From Acidaminococcaceae bacterium (lineage in GTDB: Bacteria > Bacillota > Negativicutes > Acidaminococcales > Acidaminococcaceae): DNA of 64,000 nt. Positions 9,277 through 17,673 of this stretch are shown here, in pieces; position 1 is the stretch's first letter; every line of letters begins with the position of its first letter. Both the position numbers and the translations under genes were made by a program. The notes beneath the pieces were generated by a model. That model was not told the DNA's origin. It saw only the letters and a list, made by a program, of their open reading frames with translations, and ran no database searches. The stretch lies in the NCBI GenBank assembly GCA_944390935.1, contig CALXRU010000008.1, positions 3,148 through 67,147 on the forward strand. Direction: 5' to 3'.

Positions 9277-9383
9277 GGCAAGCTCCTTCAATAATATTGC
9301 CGCAAATTTACTGCAACTTAATGTACATCATGCGGCAATAGGTATATAATAAACCTATATAACTAAAATAGGAAGTGTTTTTT

Positions 9384-10031
9384 ATGAAACTGAACCTGAA
9401 CAAAAACCAGATTGCAGCTTTTGACATAGACGCACAGCAGACTTTTACGCCGCTGTGCCCGGATGAACTGCCCGTTGCCGGCGGTGACGGAATTGCCGCC
9501 GAGCTTAATGCGCAGGCGCAGTTTGCTTCGCTGCGTGTCGCCTCGCGTGATGCGCACAGCCCCAAGGCCGTGTGGATTGCAAATGATGAACACGCGCCGC
9601 TGTCACCTGTTATCGGTTACACCGACAGCGATTTGTACTGGCCGAGCCACGCCATTGTCGGCACCAAGGGTTTTGAGTTTATCCCGGGGCTTGACCCCAA
9701 AGCCTATGCCTTTCAGGTTTACAAGGGCATCGAGCCTGACAAGCACCCCTACGGTGCGTGTTACCACGATTTAAAGGACACGCTTTCGACAGGCGTAATT
9801 GAATTTTTGCAGAGCCGCGGCATTAAAGCCGTTATCTGCGGCGGGCTTGCCACCGATTACTGCGTTAAAAACACGGTGCTGCAATTAGTGCGCGCCGGTT
9901 TTACGGTTATCCTTAACCTTGCTGCCTGCCGCGGCATTGCTCCGGATACCGTTGCCGCCGCCCTTGATGAGATGCGCGGCGCAGGCGTTATTATTGTTAA
10001 CAGCAGCACCGAGCTTAAAGAGATGCTGTAA
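9384..10031 (+). CDS. pncA: Nicotinamidase / isochorismatase family
   Basis: DIDAQQTF, SRDAH, WPSH, YKG, GGLATDYCV (catalytic D/K/C triad). Confidence 0.85.
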   Translation: MKLNLNKNQIAAFDIDAQQTFTPLCPDELPVAGGDGIAAELNAQAQFASLRVASRDAHSPKAVWIANDEHAPLSPVIGYTDSDLYWPSHAIVGTKGFEFIPGLDPKAYAFQVYKGIEPDKHPYGACYHDLKDTLSTGVIEFLQSRGIKAVICGGLATDYCVKNTVLQLVRAGFTVILNLAACRGIAPDTVAAALDEMRGAGVIIVNSSTELKEML

Positions 10032-10649
10032 TTAAACCGGCACTTCCACAAATTCGGTGCTGACTTCGTCAAGCTCGACCGTGCGGTTCAACGCCGCCGT
10101 CAGCCATTCTTCGGCTTCGGCCTTCTGCTCGCGTTTCATGTACAGCAAAATCTGTACGCGCTCGCCGTATTCCGCACCGCTGACGGTAAAAATGCTTTGG
10201 TTGTACAGCTTGTTCATAATGCGTCCGGCTTCACCCGGAGGCGCGCTTAAGCTGAACACCGTCATTTCCACGCGGCGCGCAAGGCCTGCTGCTTCCACGG
10301 CGCTGACAACGCTGTTTGTGTATGCGCGTACCAAACCGCCCGCGCCCAGCTTAATGCCGCCAAAGTAGCGCGTTACCACCGCCGCCACGCCTGTTAAGTT
10401 CTTTTTGCGCAGCACCTCCAGCATCGGCACACCGGCCGTTCCGCTCGGTTCGCCGTCGTCGCTGGACCTTTGCTGCATATCGTTTATAATATAGGCAGAG
10501 CAGTTATGCGTTGCGTCCCAAAATTCTTTTTTGGTGCTTTTGATAAATTCCTGCGCTTCCGCTTCGCTGCTTACCTTTTTCAGCGTACAGATGAACCGTG
10601 ATTTTTCAATCACGATTTCCGTACGGCAATCCTTCTGTATCGTTTGCAT
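10032..10649 (-). CDS. YigZ/IMPACT family protein
   Basis: KSRF, ATHNCSAY, SDDGEPSGTAG, TRYFGGIKLGAGGLVRAY. Confidence 0.93.
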   Translation of the reverse strand: MQTIQKDCRTEIVIEKSRFICTLKKVSSEAEAQEFIKSTKKEFWDATHNCSAYIINDMQQRSSDDGEPSGTAGVPMLEVLRKKNLTGVAAVVTRYFGGIKLGAGGLVRAYTNSVVSAVEAAGLARRVEMTVFSLSAPPGEAGRIMNKLYNQSIFTVSGAEYGERVQILLYMKREQKAEAEEWLTAALNRTVELDEVSTEFVEVPV

Positions 10650-10734
10650 AACAAACTCCTTTCCTAAATAATTATATCATAACGGCAAAGCTTTTATTAA
10701 CCTTGCCGCAAAACTTCTTCCCCGCTTTACGGAG

Positions 10735-13053
10735 GTGAAGCACTTGACTCATTTAGTTCCGCTCATCAGCGACCTGGCCCTGATTCTGACACTGGCGGGC
10801 CTTGCGACAATTTTATGTAAAAAATTCAACCAGCCGCTTATTTTAGGTTACATGCTGGCGGGCTTTTTAGCCAGCCCGCACTTTACGCTGCTGCCCAACG
10901 TCATCGACGGCGACAGCATCACCATCTGGGCAGATATCGGCGTTATCTTCATTTTGTTCGACCTGGGGCTGGATTACAACTTCAATAAAATAAAAAGCAC
11001 CGCCAATACGGCCATTATCGCCGCCGTGGCGGAATTTACCGGCATTGCCTGCCTGGGTTTTGCCTGCGCGCAGCTTTTGGGCTGGAGTGTTACCGACAGT
11101 ATTTTTACCGGCTGCATGCTGACGATGAGCAGCACCGCCGTGGTCAGCAAAACGCTGGGCGAGCTGAACCTTTTGAAAAAAGCCTTTGCGCCGATTGCTT
11201 TCGGCATTCTGGTGCTTGAGGATATCTCCGGCATTATCATGATGGTTGTGCTCTCCACCGTCGCCGCCGCGGGCAGCGCCATTTCCGCAGCGTCCATGCT
11301 GCAAAGCATCGGGCTGTTGGTGTTCTTTTTAATCATCTGCTTCATCATCGGCATTTACTTTTTGCCCAGCTTTTTTAAAAAGACCCGCAAATATTTTAAC
11401 GACGAAATGCTGCTCACCGTTTCGCTGGGCCTGTGCCTCAGCATGGTGGTACTTGCCTCGCACATGGGGTTCAGTTCCGCGCTGGGCGCGTTTTTAATGG
11501 GCACGCTGCTTTCGGGCACGGTGTACACCAAACGCACCAAGGTTTTGCTGGAGCCTGTTAAAAATCTGTTCTCCGGCATTTTCTTCGTATCCGTCGGCAT
11601 GATGGTTGACCCCACCGTCGTCAGCGGCAACCTGCTCACCATCATCGCGCTTTCCGTTACGCTGATTTTCGGCAAATGCCTTTTTACGTCGCTCGGCGTC
11701 ATGTTATCCGGCCAGCCGCCTAAAACCAGTATGCAATGCGGCTTTGCGCTGACGCAGCTGGGCGAATTTGCCTTCATCGTAGCCAGCATCGGCGCGGGCT
11801 ACGGCTTAACCAGCAGTTTTTTGTACCCAGTGTTCGTCGCCGTTTCCGTCGTCACCATCTTTTTTACGCCGCATGTGCTGCTTAACGCTGGTAAGGCTTA
11901 CCGCCGCCTGCTGCGCAGCCTGCCTAAAAAAACTGCCGTGATGCTGATTGAGGCGCACCGCGATAACAAAGGCAACGAAAAACAATCCGAATGGACTAAT
12001 TTTTTACAGATTTACTTTACGCGCATTGTTGTTTACGCCGTAATTTTGATTTTTATTTCCTACATGGGCACGAATATGATTTTACCCTACTGCCGGAACT
12101 ATTTGCAGGCGCCGGTCAGCAATTTTACCGCCGCCGCCCTGACGCTGCTGCTTATGCTGCCGTTTTTGACGGCACTTATGGTAAGCCGCCTCGGCAGGCG
12201 CGATCTTGTTGCCGGGCTGTGGTTCCAAAAACGCAGCAACCGCCCGCTGATTCTGGTTTTGATGTTCGTTAAGGTTGCCATCGGCATGTTCTTCATCATG
12301 CAGGTGTTTACCTCCATGCTGGGGCTGCACACTATCGTCGCCATCATCGCCGCGCTGGTGCTGGCAAAATTCATCTACTCGTCCGATTACCTCGTCAGCC
12401 GCTACCTGCAAATCGAATCGCAGTTTTTAATTAACCTCAACGCCGAAAATCTGGCGGCAGCCGCACAAAAACGTGCGTCGGCAAGGCACGGTATGTGGCT
12501 GGACGAACAGCTTTACACCTGCGGCTACGAAATTACCGAAAGCTCGCCGTGGGTTGGCTGGAGCATAAGGCGGCTTGACGTACACCGCATTTATAAAATT
12601 TTCGTTATCGAAATTCACAACAGCCACGGCTACATGCCGATACCTTCAGGGCATACGGTGCTGCGCGCGGGCGACAGGCTTTTGATTACCGCGCCGCTGA
12701 ACGTACTGCGCACCTTTGACGCCGCCATAAAAAACATGGGGCTGGGGCTGAATAAAGTCAGTGAAACGGTAACGCTGCACCAGTTTTTGCAGCAGGAAAC
12801 CGCCAACCGCAAAGAGCACGACCAGCTTTTGTGCTACGCCATGCCGGTAACGTCGGCGTCGCCGCTGGCACGCAGCACGCTGAAAAAATCCGATACCTTC
12901 TCCAAAGGCAAATGGCTGGCGCTTGGTCTGGAACGCGGCAATTACACCATCCTCGACCCGGACGCTTCGTTCGTCATCAACAACGGCGACATCCTCTGGA
13001 TTATCGGCAGCAGGCAGATGATAAGCCAGTTGTTTAAAAACGATACGCTGTAA
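10735..13053 (+). CDS. CPA2 cation:proton antiporter with C-terminal TrkA-C (RCK-C) domains
   Basis: QPLILGYMLAG, MSSTAVV, GILVLEDI, QLGEFAFIVA; two C-terminal TrkA-C-like repeats; GGAGG before GTG. Confidence 0.88.
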   Translation: MKHLTHLVPLISDLALILTLAGLATILCKKFNQPLILGYMLAGFLASPHFTLLPNVIDGDSITIWADIGVIFILFDLGLDYNFNKIKSTANTAIIAAVAEFTGIACLGFACAQLLGWSVTDSIFTGCMLTMSSTAVVSKTLGELNLLKKAFAPIAFGILVLEDISGIIMMVVLSTVAAAGSAISAASMLQSIGLLVFFLIICFIIGIYFLPSFFKKTRKYFNDEMLLTVSLGLCLSMVVLASHMGFSSALGAFLMGTLLSGTVYTKRTKVLLEPVKNLFSGIFFVSVGMMVDPTVVSGNLLTIIALSVTLIFGKCLFTSLGVMLSGQPPKTSMQCGFALTQLGEFAFIVASIGAGYGLTSSFLYPVFVAVSVVTIFFTPHVLLNAGKAYRRLLRSLPKKTAVMLIEAHRDNKGNEKQSEWTNFLQIYFTRIVVYAVILIFISYMGTNMILPYCRNYLQAPVSNFTAAALTLLLMLPFLTALMVSRLGRRDLVAGLWFQKRSNRPLILVLMFVKVAIGMFFIMQVFTSMLGLHTIVAIIAALVLAKFIYSSDYLVSRYLQIESQFLINLNAENLAAAAQKRASARHGMWLDEQLYTCGYEITESSPWVGWSIRRLDVHRIYKIFVIEIHNSHGYMPIPSGHTVLRAGDRLLITAPLNVLRTFDAAIKNMGLGLNKVSETVTLHQFLQQETANRKEHDQLLCYAMPVTSASPLARSTLKKSDTFSKGKWLALGLERGNYTILDPDASFVINNGDILWIIGSRQMISQLFKNDTL

Positions 13054-13058
13054 ACTAA

Positions 13059-13090
13059 AAAATCCCCCGCTTTTAAGTGGGGGATTTTAT
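13059..13090. terminator. Bidirectional terminator
   Basis: AAAATCCCCCGCTT-AAGTGGGGGATTTT hairpin between convergent genes. Confidence 0.65.
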
Positions 13091-13092
13091 TT

Positions 13093-15132
13093 TTAAAACG
13101 CATAGCTTGCCTGTAAGCTTACGCTTGCGCCTTCGCGCTCACCGGCATATCCGCGCAGGTTCAGGTCAATGCTCCATGGGCTCTCCGGCGAAGGTTTGTA
13201 ATTTACGCCTGCTTCCGCCATATAGCTGCTGCCTTTCAGGCTCTGCTCCGGTGCATCCAGGCCTGCCGCACGCATTTTGGCCTCACCGTTAAATTCATAT
13301 TCGTAAGCCAGTCCGTAATAAGCGCTGAACTTGTCCGCCTCATTAGCATTTACCCTCGCGCCGATGCGCAGACGGTCGCTGGCAACACCGTCAAAACTGA
13401 ACTCTTCACCAGCAACGGTAAAGCTGTCGCCTTCGGTGTAAGTATGGAAGAACTTACCGTACACATCAAGGCTGCTGTCTTTGCCCAGCGGTATAATCTG
13501 CCCCATGCCGATATGCGCGCCGTAGTAATTGGCGTCACTTTCATAGCCGTAGGTATCCGTGCCGTCGCTTAAAGCATTGCTCATTTCGCTTTTCAGCATA
13601 CCGGCACGCAGGCTTGCTTCGGTATAAACGCCATGTGCATTTTGGTAACGCACCGCAGCACCGCCGCCGTTATAAACAAGGCTGCCGTCGCCGCGGAAAA
13701 ACTCATCGTTAAAGCTGTTGTAGGTACGGTAGTTGCCACTGCCGTTTTCATAGAACACGCCCCAGCTGAACTCATTACCGTTGTTAAACTGCGCCACATT
13801 ACCGACGCCTGCAATCGCACTCCAGCCGTTGATTTTGATATCGCTGTTCACGTCATATTTACTTGTATTGCCATGCATAGCTGCAAAGGTTTTAACGCCA
13901 TAGCTGCCGTCGCGGCTTAAAGCGTCCAGGCTGTCGCTGATTAAATCCGTGCCCTGGTTGACAAACGCCGCCGCAACAGCGCGGTTTTCGGCGACAAGTT
14001 TGGTTTGTTTTGCCGTATGCAGACCGGTAATTTTATAAACAAGCTGCCCGTTTTCCATAACGGCTTCGCCGTCGCCTTCTGCCGCCACGCCTGCCGTAAA
14101 GCCGCCGGAACGGATTTCGGAAGCGTTAACGTCCAATTTATTATCGTCAGCTTTAATTAAAGTAATTTCGTCATTAACGTCGATGCCGTCGCTTCCATTA
14201 AAATGAATATGGTCGGCTTCAATATGCGCCGCGTTTAATTTGCTGTGTTCACCGTCGGCGATATCCATAATGATTTCATTATCCTGCCAGTCAAGGTTTT
14301 CAAATTTTACAGTATCAAAATTGTTGACACTTTGCACATTGCCTCGCCAACCGTCAATCGTAAGGGTGTTGGCATAAGCTTTAGTTTTTATATCCGTGCT
14401 GTTTTCATCAGCATATCCATACAGATTTGCATTAGATATATCGGCATTACCGCTGATAATTATTTCATTACGTGCCATTTCTGCATTAATGTTTGTTCCC
14501 CTGAAATCTGCATTTGCAGCATAAACATTACCACTAACTTCGGCATTACCACCAATCAACACTATGTTTTCATTTGCCGTTCCTGTAACAAAATGTGCAT
14601 TATGATTACCGAGTATATAACCACCGGTAATACCTGCGTTTATTATTCCTCCGGTTACTTTAACAATATTATTATCAGCATGCACCTCTGAATTTTCGTT
14701 ATATGTATTTGCAAAACCGCCAACAGCAGAATAATATCCAAAATCTTTGTAGCCAATTTCACCGCCGGATATATTAACTCTATTGCCGGATGCTTCTACA
14801 TTATTCCCTTGTGCCTGCCCGCCAATAACTGCAAAATGCACTTTGCCGCCATTTATATTTACAATATTTTTATCAGCAACAGCTGTTTCTTTGTTAAAAA
14901 CCAGCCCACCAAATAAATTCTGGGCTTCTCCACCTTTCATATTTATTTCACCCTGCTCTGCTTTTTGCGCAGCTTTTATACCATATACGACTTCATAAAC
15001 ATCCCCATTATTTACCTCTGCACCACCAAATTGCGTGCCATCCAAATCCTGCGCCTGTGCCTGTGGCATTACGCCGGTTAAAAGTAAGCCCATCAGCGCG
15101 CCCATCGTTAAAAATCTATATTGTTTTTTCAT
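13093..15132 (-). CDS. Type Va autotransporter (signal peptide, beta-helix-like repeat passenger, C-terminal beta-barrel)
   Basis: Signal peptide ending AQA; repeated N-x-V-x-I-x-GG passenger units; alternating beta-strand C-terminal domain ending SLQASYAF (terminal Phe beta-signal). Confidence 0.85.
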   Translation of the reverse strand: MKKQYRFLTMGALMGLLLTGVMPQAQAQDLDGTQFGGAEVNNGDVYEVVYGIKAAQKAEQGEINMKGGEAQNLFGGLVFNKETAVADKNIVNINGGKVHFAVIGGQAQGNNVEASGNRVNISGGEIGYKDFGYYSAVGGFANTYNENSEVHADNNIVKVTGGIINAGITGGYILGNHNAHFVTGTANENIVLIGGNAEVSGNVYAANADFRGTNINAEMARNEIIISGNADISNANLYGYADENSTDIKTKAYANTLTIDGWRGNVQSVNNFDTVKFENLDWQDNEIIMDIADGEHSKLNAAHIEADHIHFNGSDGIDVNDEITLIKADDNKLDVNASEIRSGGFTAGVAAEGDGEAVMENGQLVYKITGLHTAKQTKLVAENRAVAAAFVNQGTDLISDSLDALSRDGSYGVKTFAAMHGNTSKYDVNSDIKINGWSAIAGVGNVAQFNNGNEFSWGVFYENGSGNYRTYNSFNDEFFRGDGSLVYNGGGAAVRYQNAHGVYTEASLRAGMLKSEMSNALSDGTDTYGYESDANYYGAHIGMGQIIPLGKDSSLDVYGKFFHTYTEGDSFTVAGEEFSFDGVASDRLRIGARVNANEADKFSAYYGLAYEYEFNGEAKMRAAGLDAPEQSLKGSSYMAEAGVNYKPSPESPWSIDLNLRGYAGEREGASVSLQASYAF

Positions 15133-15151
15133 TTTAACACCTCTTTTCCGG

Positions 15152-15198
15152 TAAAAAAGAAAACATCCCCTTCAATAACGTAACTTTGAAGGAGATGT
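15152..15198 (-). terminator. Intrinsic terminator inside the autotransporter 5' leader (attenuator candidate)
   Basis: Minus strand ACATCTCCTTCAA-loop-TTGAAGGGGATGT followed by TTTCTTTTTT, just upstream of the GAGGTG RBS. Confidence 0.65.
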
Positions 15199-15258
15199 CT
15201 TAGTTATAAAATATATCCGACTAAGTTTGTATTTAGTTGTTTCCCTGTCTATGATTTA

Positions 15259-15287
15259 ATTATACGCTATCTCAAAGCAAATAGCAA
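15259..15287 (-). promoter_or_regulatory. Sigma-A promoter of the autotransporter leader
   Basis: Minus strand TTGCTA (15287-15282), 17 bp, TATAAT (15264-15259). Confidence 0.6.
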
Positions 15288-15537
15288 ATTTCTACCAATT
15301 TTATAGGAATTATTTTTGTAAAGATAGTTACACAATCGGTGCTATTTCACAAAGAAATCACTTCTGACCCTGCCAAAACGATTTTTTATCCGCTTTTTGG
15401 CGTTTTAAAGTGCCGTTCACAAAATGTATACATTTTAAGAGGATATAAATTTTGTTACAACTCTTGCTATGTAAAGAACATAAGTATATAATATTTTTAT
15501 AGTTATTCCGCTTAGTTTGAAAGGAGCAACAAAATTT

Positions 15538-16221
15538 ATGGAAAAAATTTACGAAGGCAAAACCAAAACCGTTTTCCAGCTTGAAAACGGCAACGTACTG
15601 TTAAAATTTAAAGATGACTGCACCGGTAAAGACGGCGTGTTCGACCCGGGCGAAAACAGCATCGGCCTGACCATCGACGGCATCGGCAAAGCTAACCTCG
15701 AAACCTCTATCCACTTCTTTGAAATCCTTAAAAAAGAAGGCATTAAAACCCATTATGTAAGCGCCGATATCGACAACGCTACCATGGAAGTCCTGCCCTG
15801 CAAAGTATTCGGCAAAGGCCTTGAAGTTATCTGCCGCTTAAAAGCAACCGGCAGCTTCATCCGCCGTTACGGCGATTACATTGCCGACGGCACCGCTATT
15901 GAAGGCGGCTATGTTGAAACCACCTTCAAAGACGACGCTAAAGGCGATCCGCTGGTTACCGAAGACGCTCTCGTTGTACTGGGCGTTATGAGCCACGAAG
16001 ACTACAAGAGCCTGAAAGAACAGACCCTGAAAATTACCAAAATCGTTGCTGCAGACCTGGCTAAACTCGGCCTTGACCTGTACGACATCAAATTTGAATT
16101 TGGTTACCACAACGGCGAAGTAATCCTCATCGACGAAATCGCCAGCGGCAACATGCGCGTTTACAAAGACGGCAAATATGTTGACCCTGTAACCTTAACT
16201 TCCATCATTTTAGGTAAATAA
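15538..16221 (+). CDS. purC: Phosphoribosylaminoimidazolesuccinocarboxamide (SAICAR) synthase
   Basis: [42 protein letters not shown]; AAGGAG RBS. Confidence 0.92.
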   Translation: MEKIYEGKTKTVFQLENGNVLLKFKDDCTGKDGVFDPGENSIGLTIDGIGKANLETSIHFFEILKKEGIKTHYVSADIDNATMEVLPCKVFGKGLEVICRLKATGSFIRRYGDYIADGTAIEGGYVETTFKDDAKGDPLVTEDALVVLGVMSHEDYKSLKEQTLKITKIVAADLAKLGLDLYDIKFEFGYHNGEVILIDEIASGNMRVYKDGKYVDPVTLTSIILGK

Positions 16222-16237
16222 TTAACGCCAAAAATTT

Positions 16238-16266
16238 AACGGCAGCTTTACGGCTGCCGTTTTTTA
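16238..16266 (+). terminator. purC terminator
   Basis: AACGGCAGC-ttta-cGGCTGCCGTT followed by T run. Confidence 0.75.
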
Positions 16267-16323
16267 TATCTGCCAAAGCAAAAGTTAAAGCCTGCACAGT
16301 GCGTGCAGGCTTTTGTTATTTAC

Positions 16324-16824
16324 TTAACGTACGTTGTAGCGGAGTTCTTTTTCAAGTACTGCGCCGGTTTCAGGGTTCAGTACCATTTCGCCGCGGAGTT
16401 CCGGGGTCACGAATTTCAGTTCGTATTCGTACAGGCCGTCGTCCATATCAAGTTTTACTTTGTGGAAGCTTGCGTTGGGGTATTCGCTGGTTACTACTGC
16501 CTGTGCGTCTGCTGCGGAGAGTACGATGTTGCGGCTGCCCATTGCCATTTCGGCTTCCATTTTATATTCTTTAACTGCCTGGGTGAATTTGCTTACTTCA
16601 ACTTCGTAGCTGGTTACGGTAGTGCTGTCGAAGAATTTGAATTCGTATTCGTCAAAGTCTTCCTGAGTGCCTACGTGGGTTGCACTGGCCGGTACAAGCT
16701 TAGCTGCCATGCTTTGAGCATCTGCCATGGTGAAACCTGCTGCGAAAGCGGTTGCGCTGATGGTTAAGGTAGAGATTGCTGCTACTGCGAGAGCGGTTAA
16801 TTTTTTGCCGGTGAGTTTTAACAT
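16324..16824 (-). CDS. Secreted protein with two PepSY domains
   Basis: Signal peptide ending AFA; repeats MADAQSMA...YEFKF...YEVEV and SAADAQAVV...KLDMDDGLYEYELKF...EMVLNPETGAVL. Confidence 0.8.
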   Translation of the reverse strand: MLKLTGKKLTALAVAAISTLTISATAFAAGFTMADAQSMAAKLVPASATHVGTQEDFDEYEFKFFDSTTVTSYEVEVSKFTQAVKEYKMEAEMAMGSRNIVLSAADAQAVVTSEYPNASFHKVKLDMDDGLYEYELKFVTPELRGEMVLNPETGAVLEKELRYNVR

Positions 16825-16896
16825 TTTGAGTTCCTCCTTTTATTTTAAGGTCTGTCCTTATTGCTTTTTTTAAGGTGTTCCCTTATCTTTGTCTTA

Positions 16897-16930
16897 ATTA
16901 TAGCTGAGAAAGATTAAAGAAAAATTAAAA
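16897..16930 (-). promoter_or_regulatory. Response-regulator-dependent promoter of the PepSY gene
   Basis: Minus strand TTTAAT-N5-TTTAAT direct repeat (16929-16913) ending 10 bp upstream of TATAAT (16902-16897); no -35 element. Confidence 0.55.
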
Positions 16931-16998
16931 GAAAAAAGTTTTTAAAAATTATTTTAAAATTTCCGGTATGTTATAATAATGCTATAAGGAGGTGCCTT

Positions 16999-17673
16999 AT
17001 GAGGATTTTAATTGTTGAAGACGAGCCGGATTTACTGGACGCCTTAAAAAAACAGCTGCAAAGCAGCGGTTATAGTGTAGATGCCTGCGGCGACGGGCTT
17101 GATGCGGAGCATTACCTGCAAATGGCAAGCTACGACGCCGTAGTGCTTGATATTATGCTGCCCGGCATCGACGGGCTGGAACTTTTAAGAAGAATGCGCG
17201 CCAAGGGCGACAGCACCCATGTTTTGCTGCTGACGGCTCTGGACAGTTTGGAAAATAAAGTGCGCGGGCTGGATGCCGGTGCGGATGATTACCTTGTTAA
17301 GCCCTTTGCGTTTGACGAGCTTCTGGCACGCCTGCGCGTTCTGGTACGCCGCCGTACTGGGCAGACCACCAATGTGCTGGAATACGCCGGTTTAACCATG
17401 GATTTGAACAGCCGCACCGTTATCCGCGAAGGAAAGGAAATTACCCTGTCCTCCAAGGAGTTCGCAGTGCTGGAATACCTGTTGCGCAATCAGGGGCGCG
17501 TCCTCTCGCGCGAAAAAATAGAAAACCATGTCTGGAATTATGATTTCGAGGGCGGCTCCAACGTCGTCGATGTTTACATCCGCTACCTGCGCAAAAAAAT
17601 TGACGCAGGCTTTGACAAAAAACTGCTGCATACCATCCGCGGCGCTGGTTACGTTCTGAAGGAGGAAAAATGA
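16999..17673 (+). CDS. OmpR/PhoB family response regulator
   Basis: IVEDE, LDIMLP, GADDYLVKPF, winged-helix NVVDVYIRYLRKK, TIRGAGY. Confidence 0.95.
   Translation: MRILIVEDEPDLLDALKKQLQSSGYSVDACGDGLDAEHYLQMASYDAVVLDIMLPGIDGLELLRRMRAKGDSTHVLLLTALDSLENKVRGLDAGADDYLVKPFAFDELLARLRVLVRRRTGQTTNVLEYAGLTMDLNSRTVIREGKEITLSSKEFAVLEYLLRNQGRVLSREKIENHVWNYDFEGGSNVVDVYIRYLRKKIDAGFDKKLLHTIRGAGYVLKEEK

Noticed and set aside
15133-15340. Invertible promoter (phase-variation switch) for the autotransporter
   Set aside because: The inverted repeats do not flank the promoter and no recombinase is encoded in the window.
15340-15537. Purine or ZTP riboswitch, or PurR box, upstream of purC
   Set aside because: No aptamer consensus and no leader terminator; AAAACGATTT is only a weak partial match.
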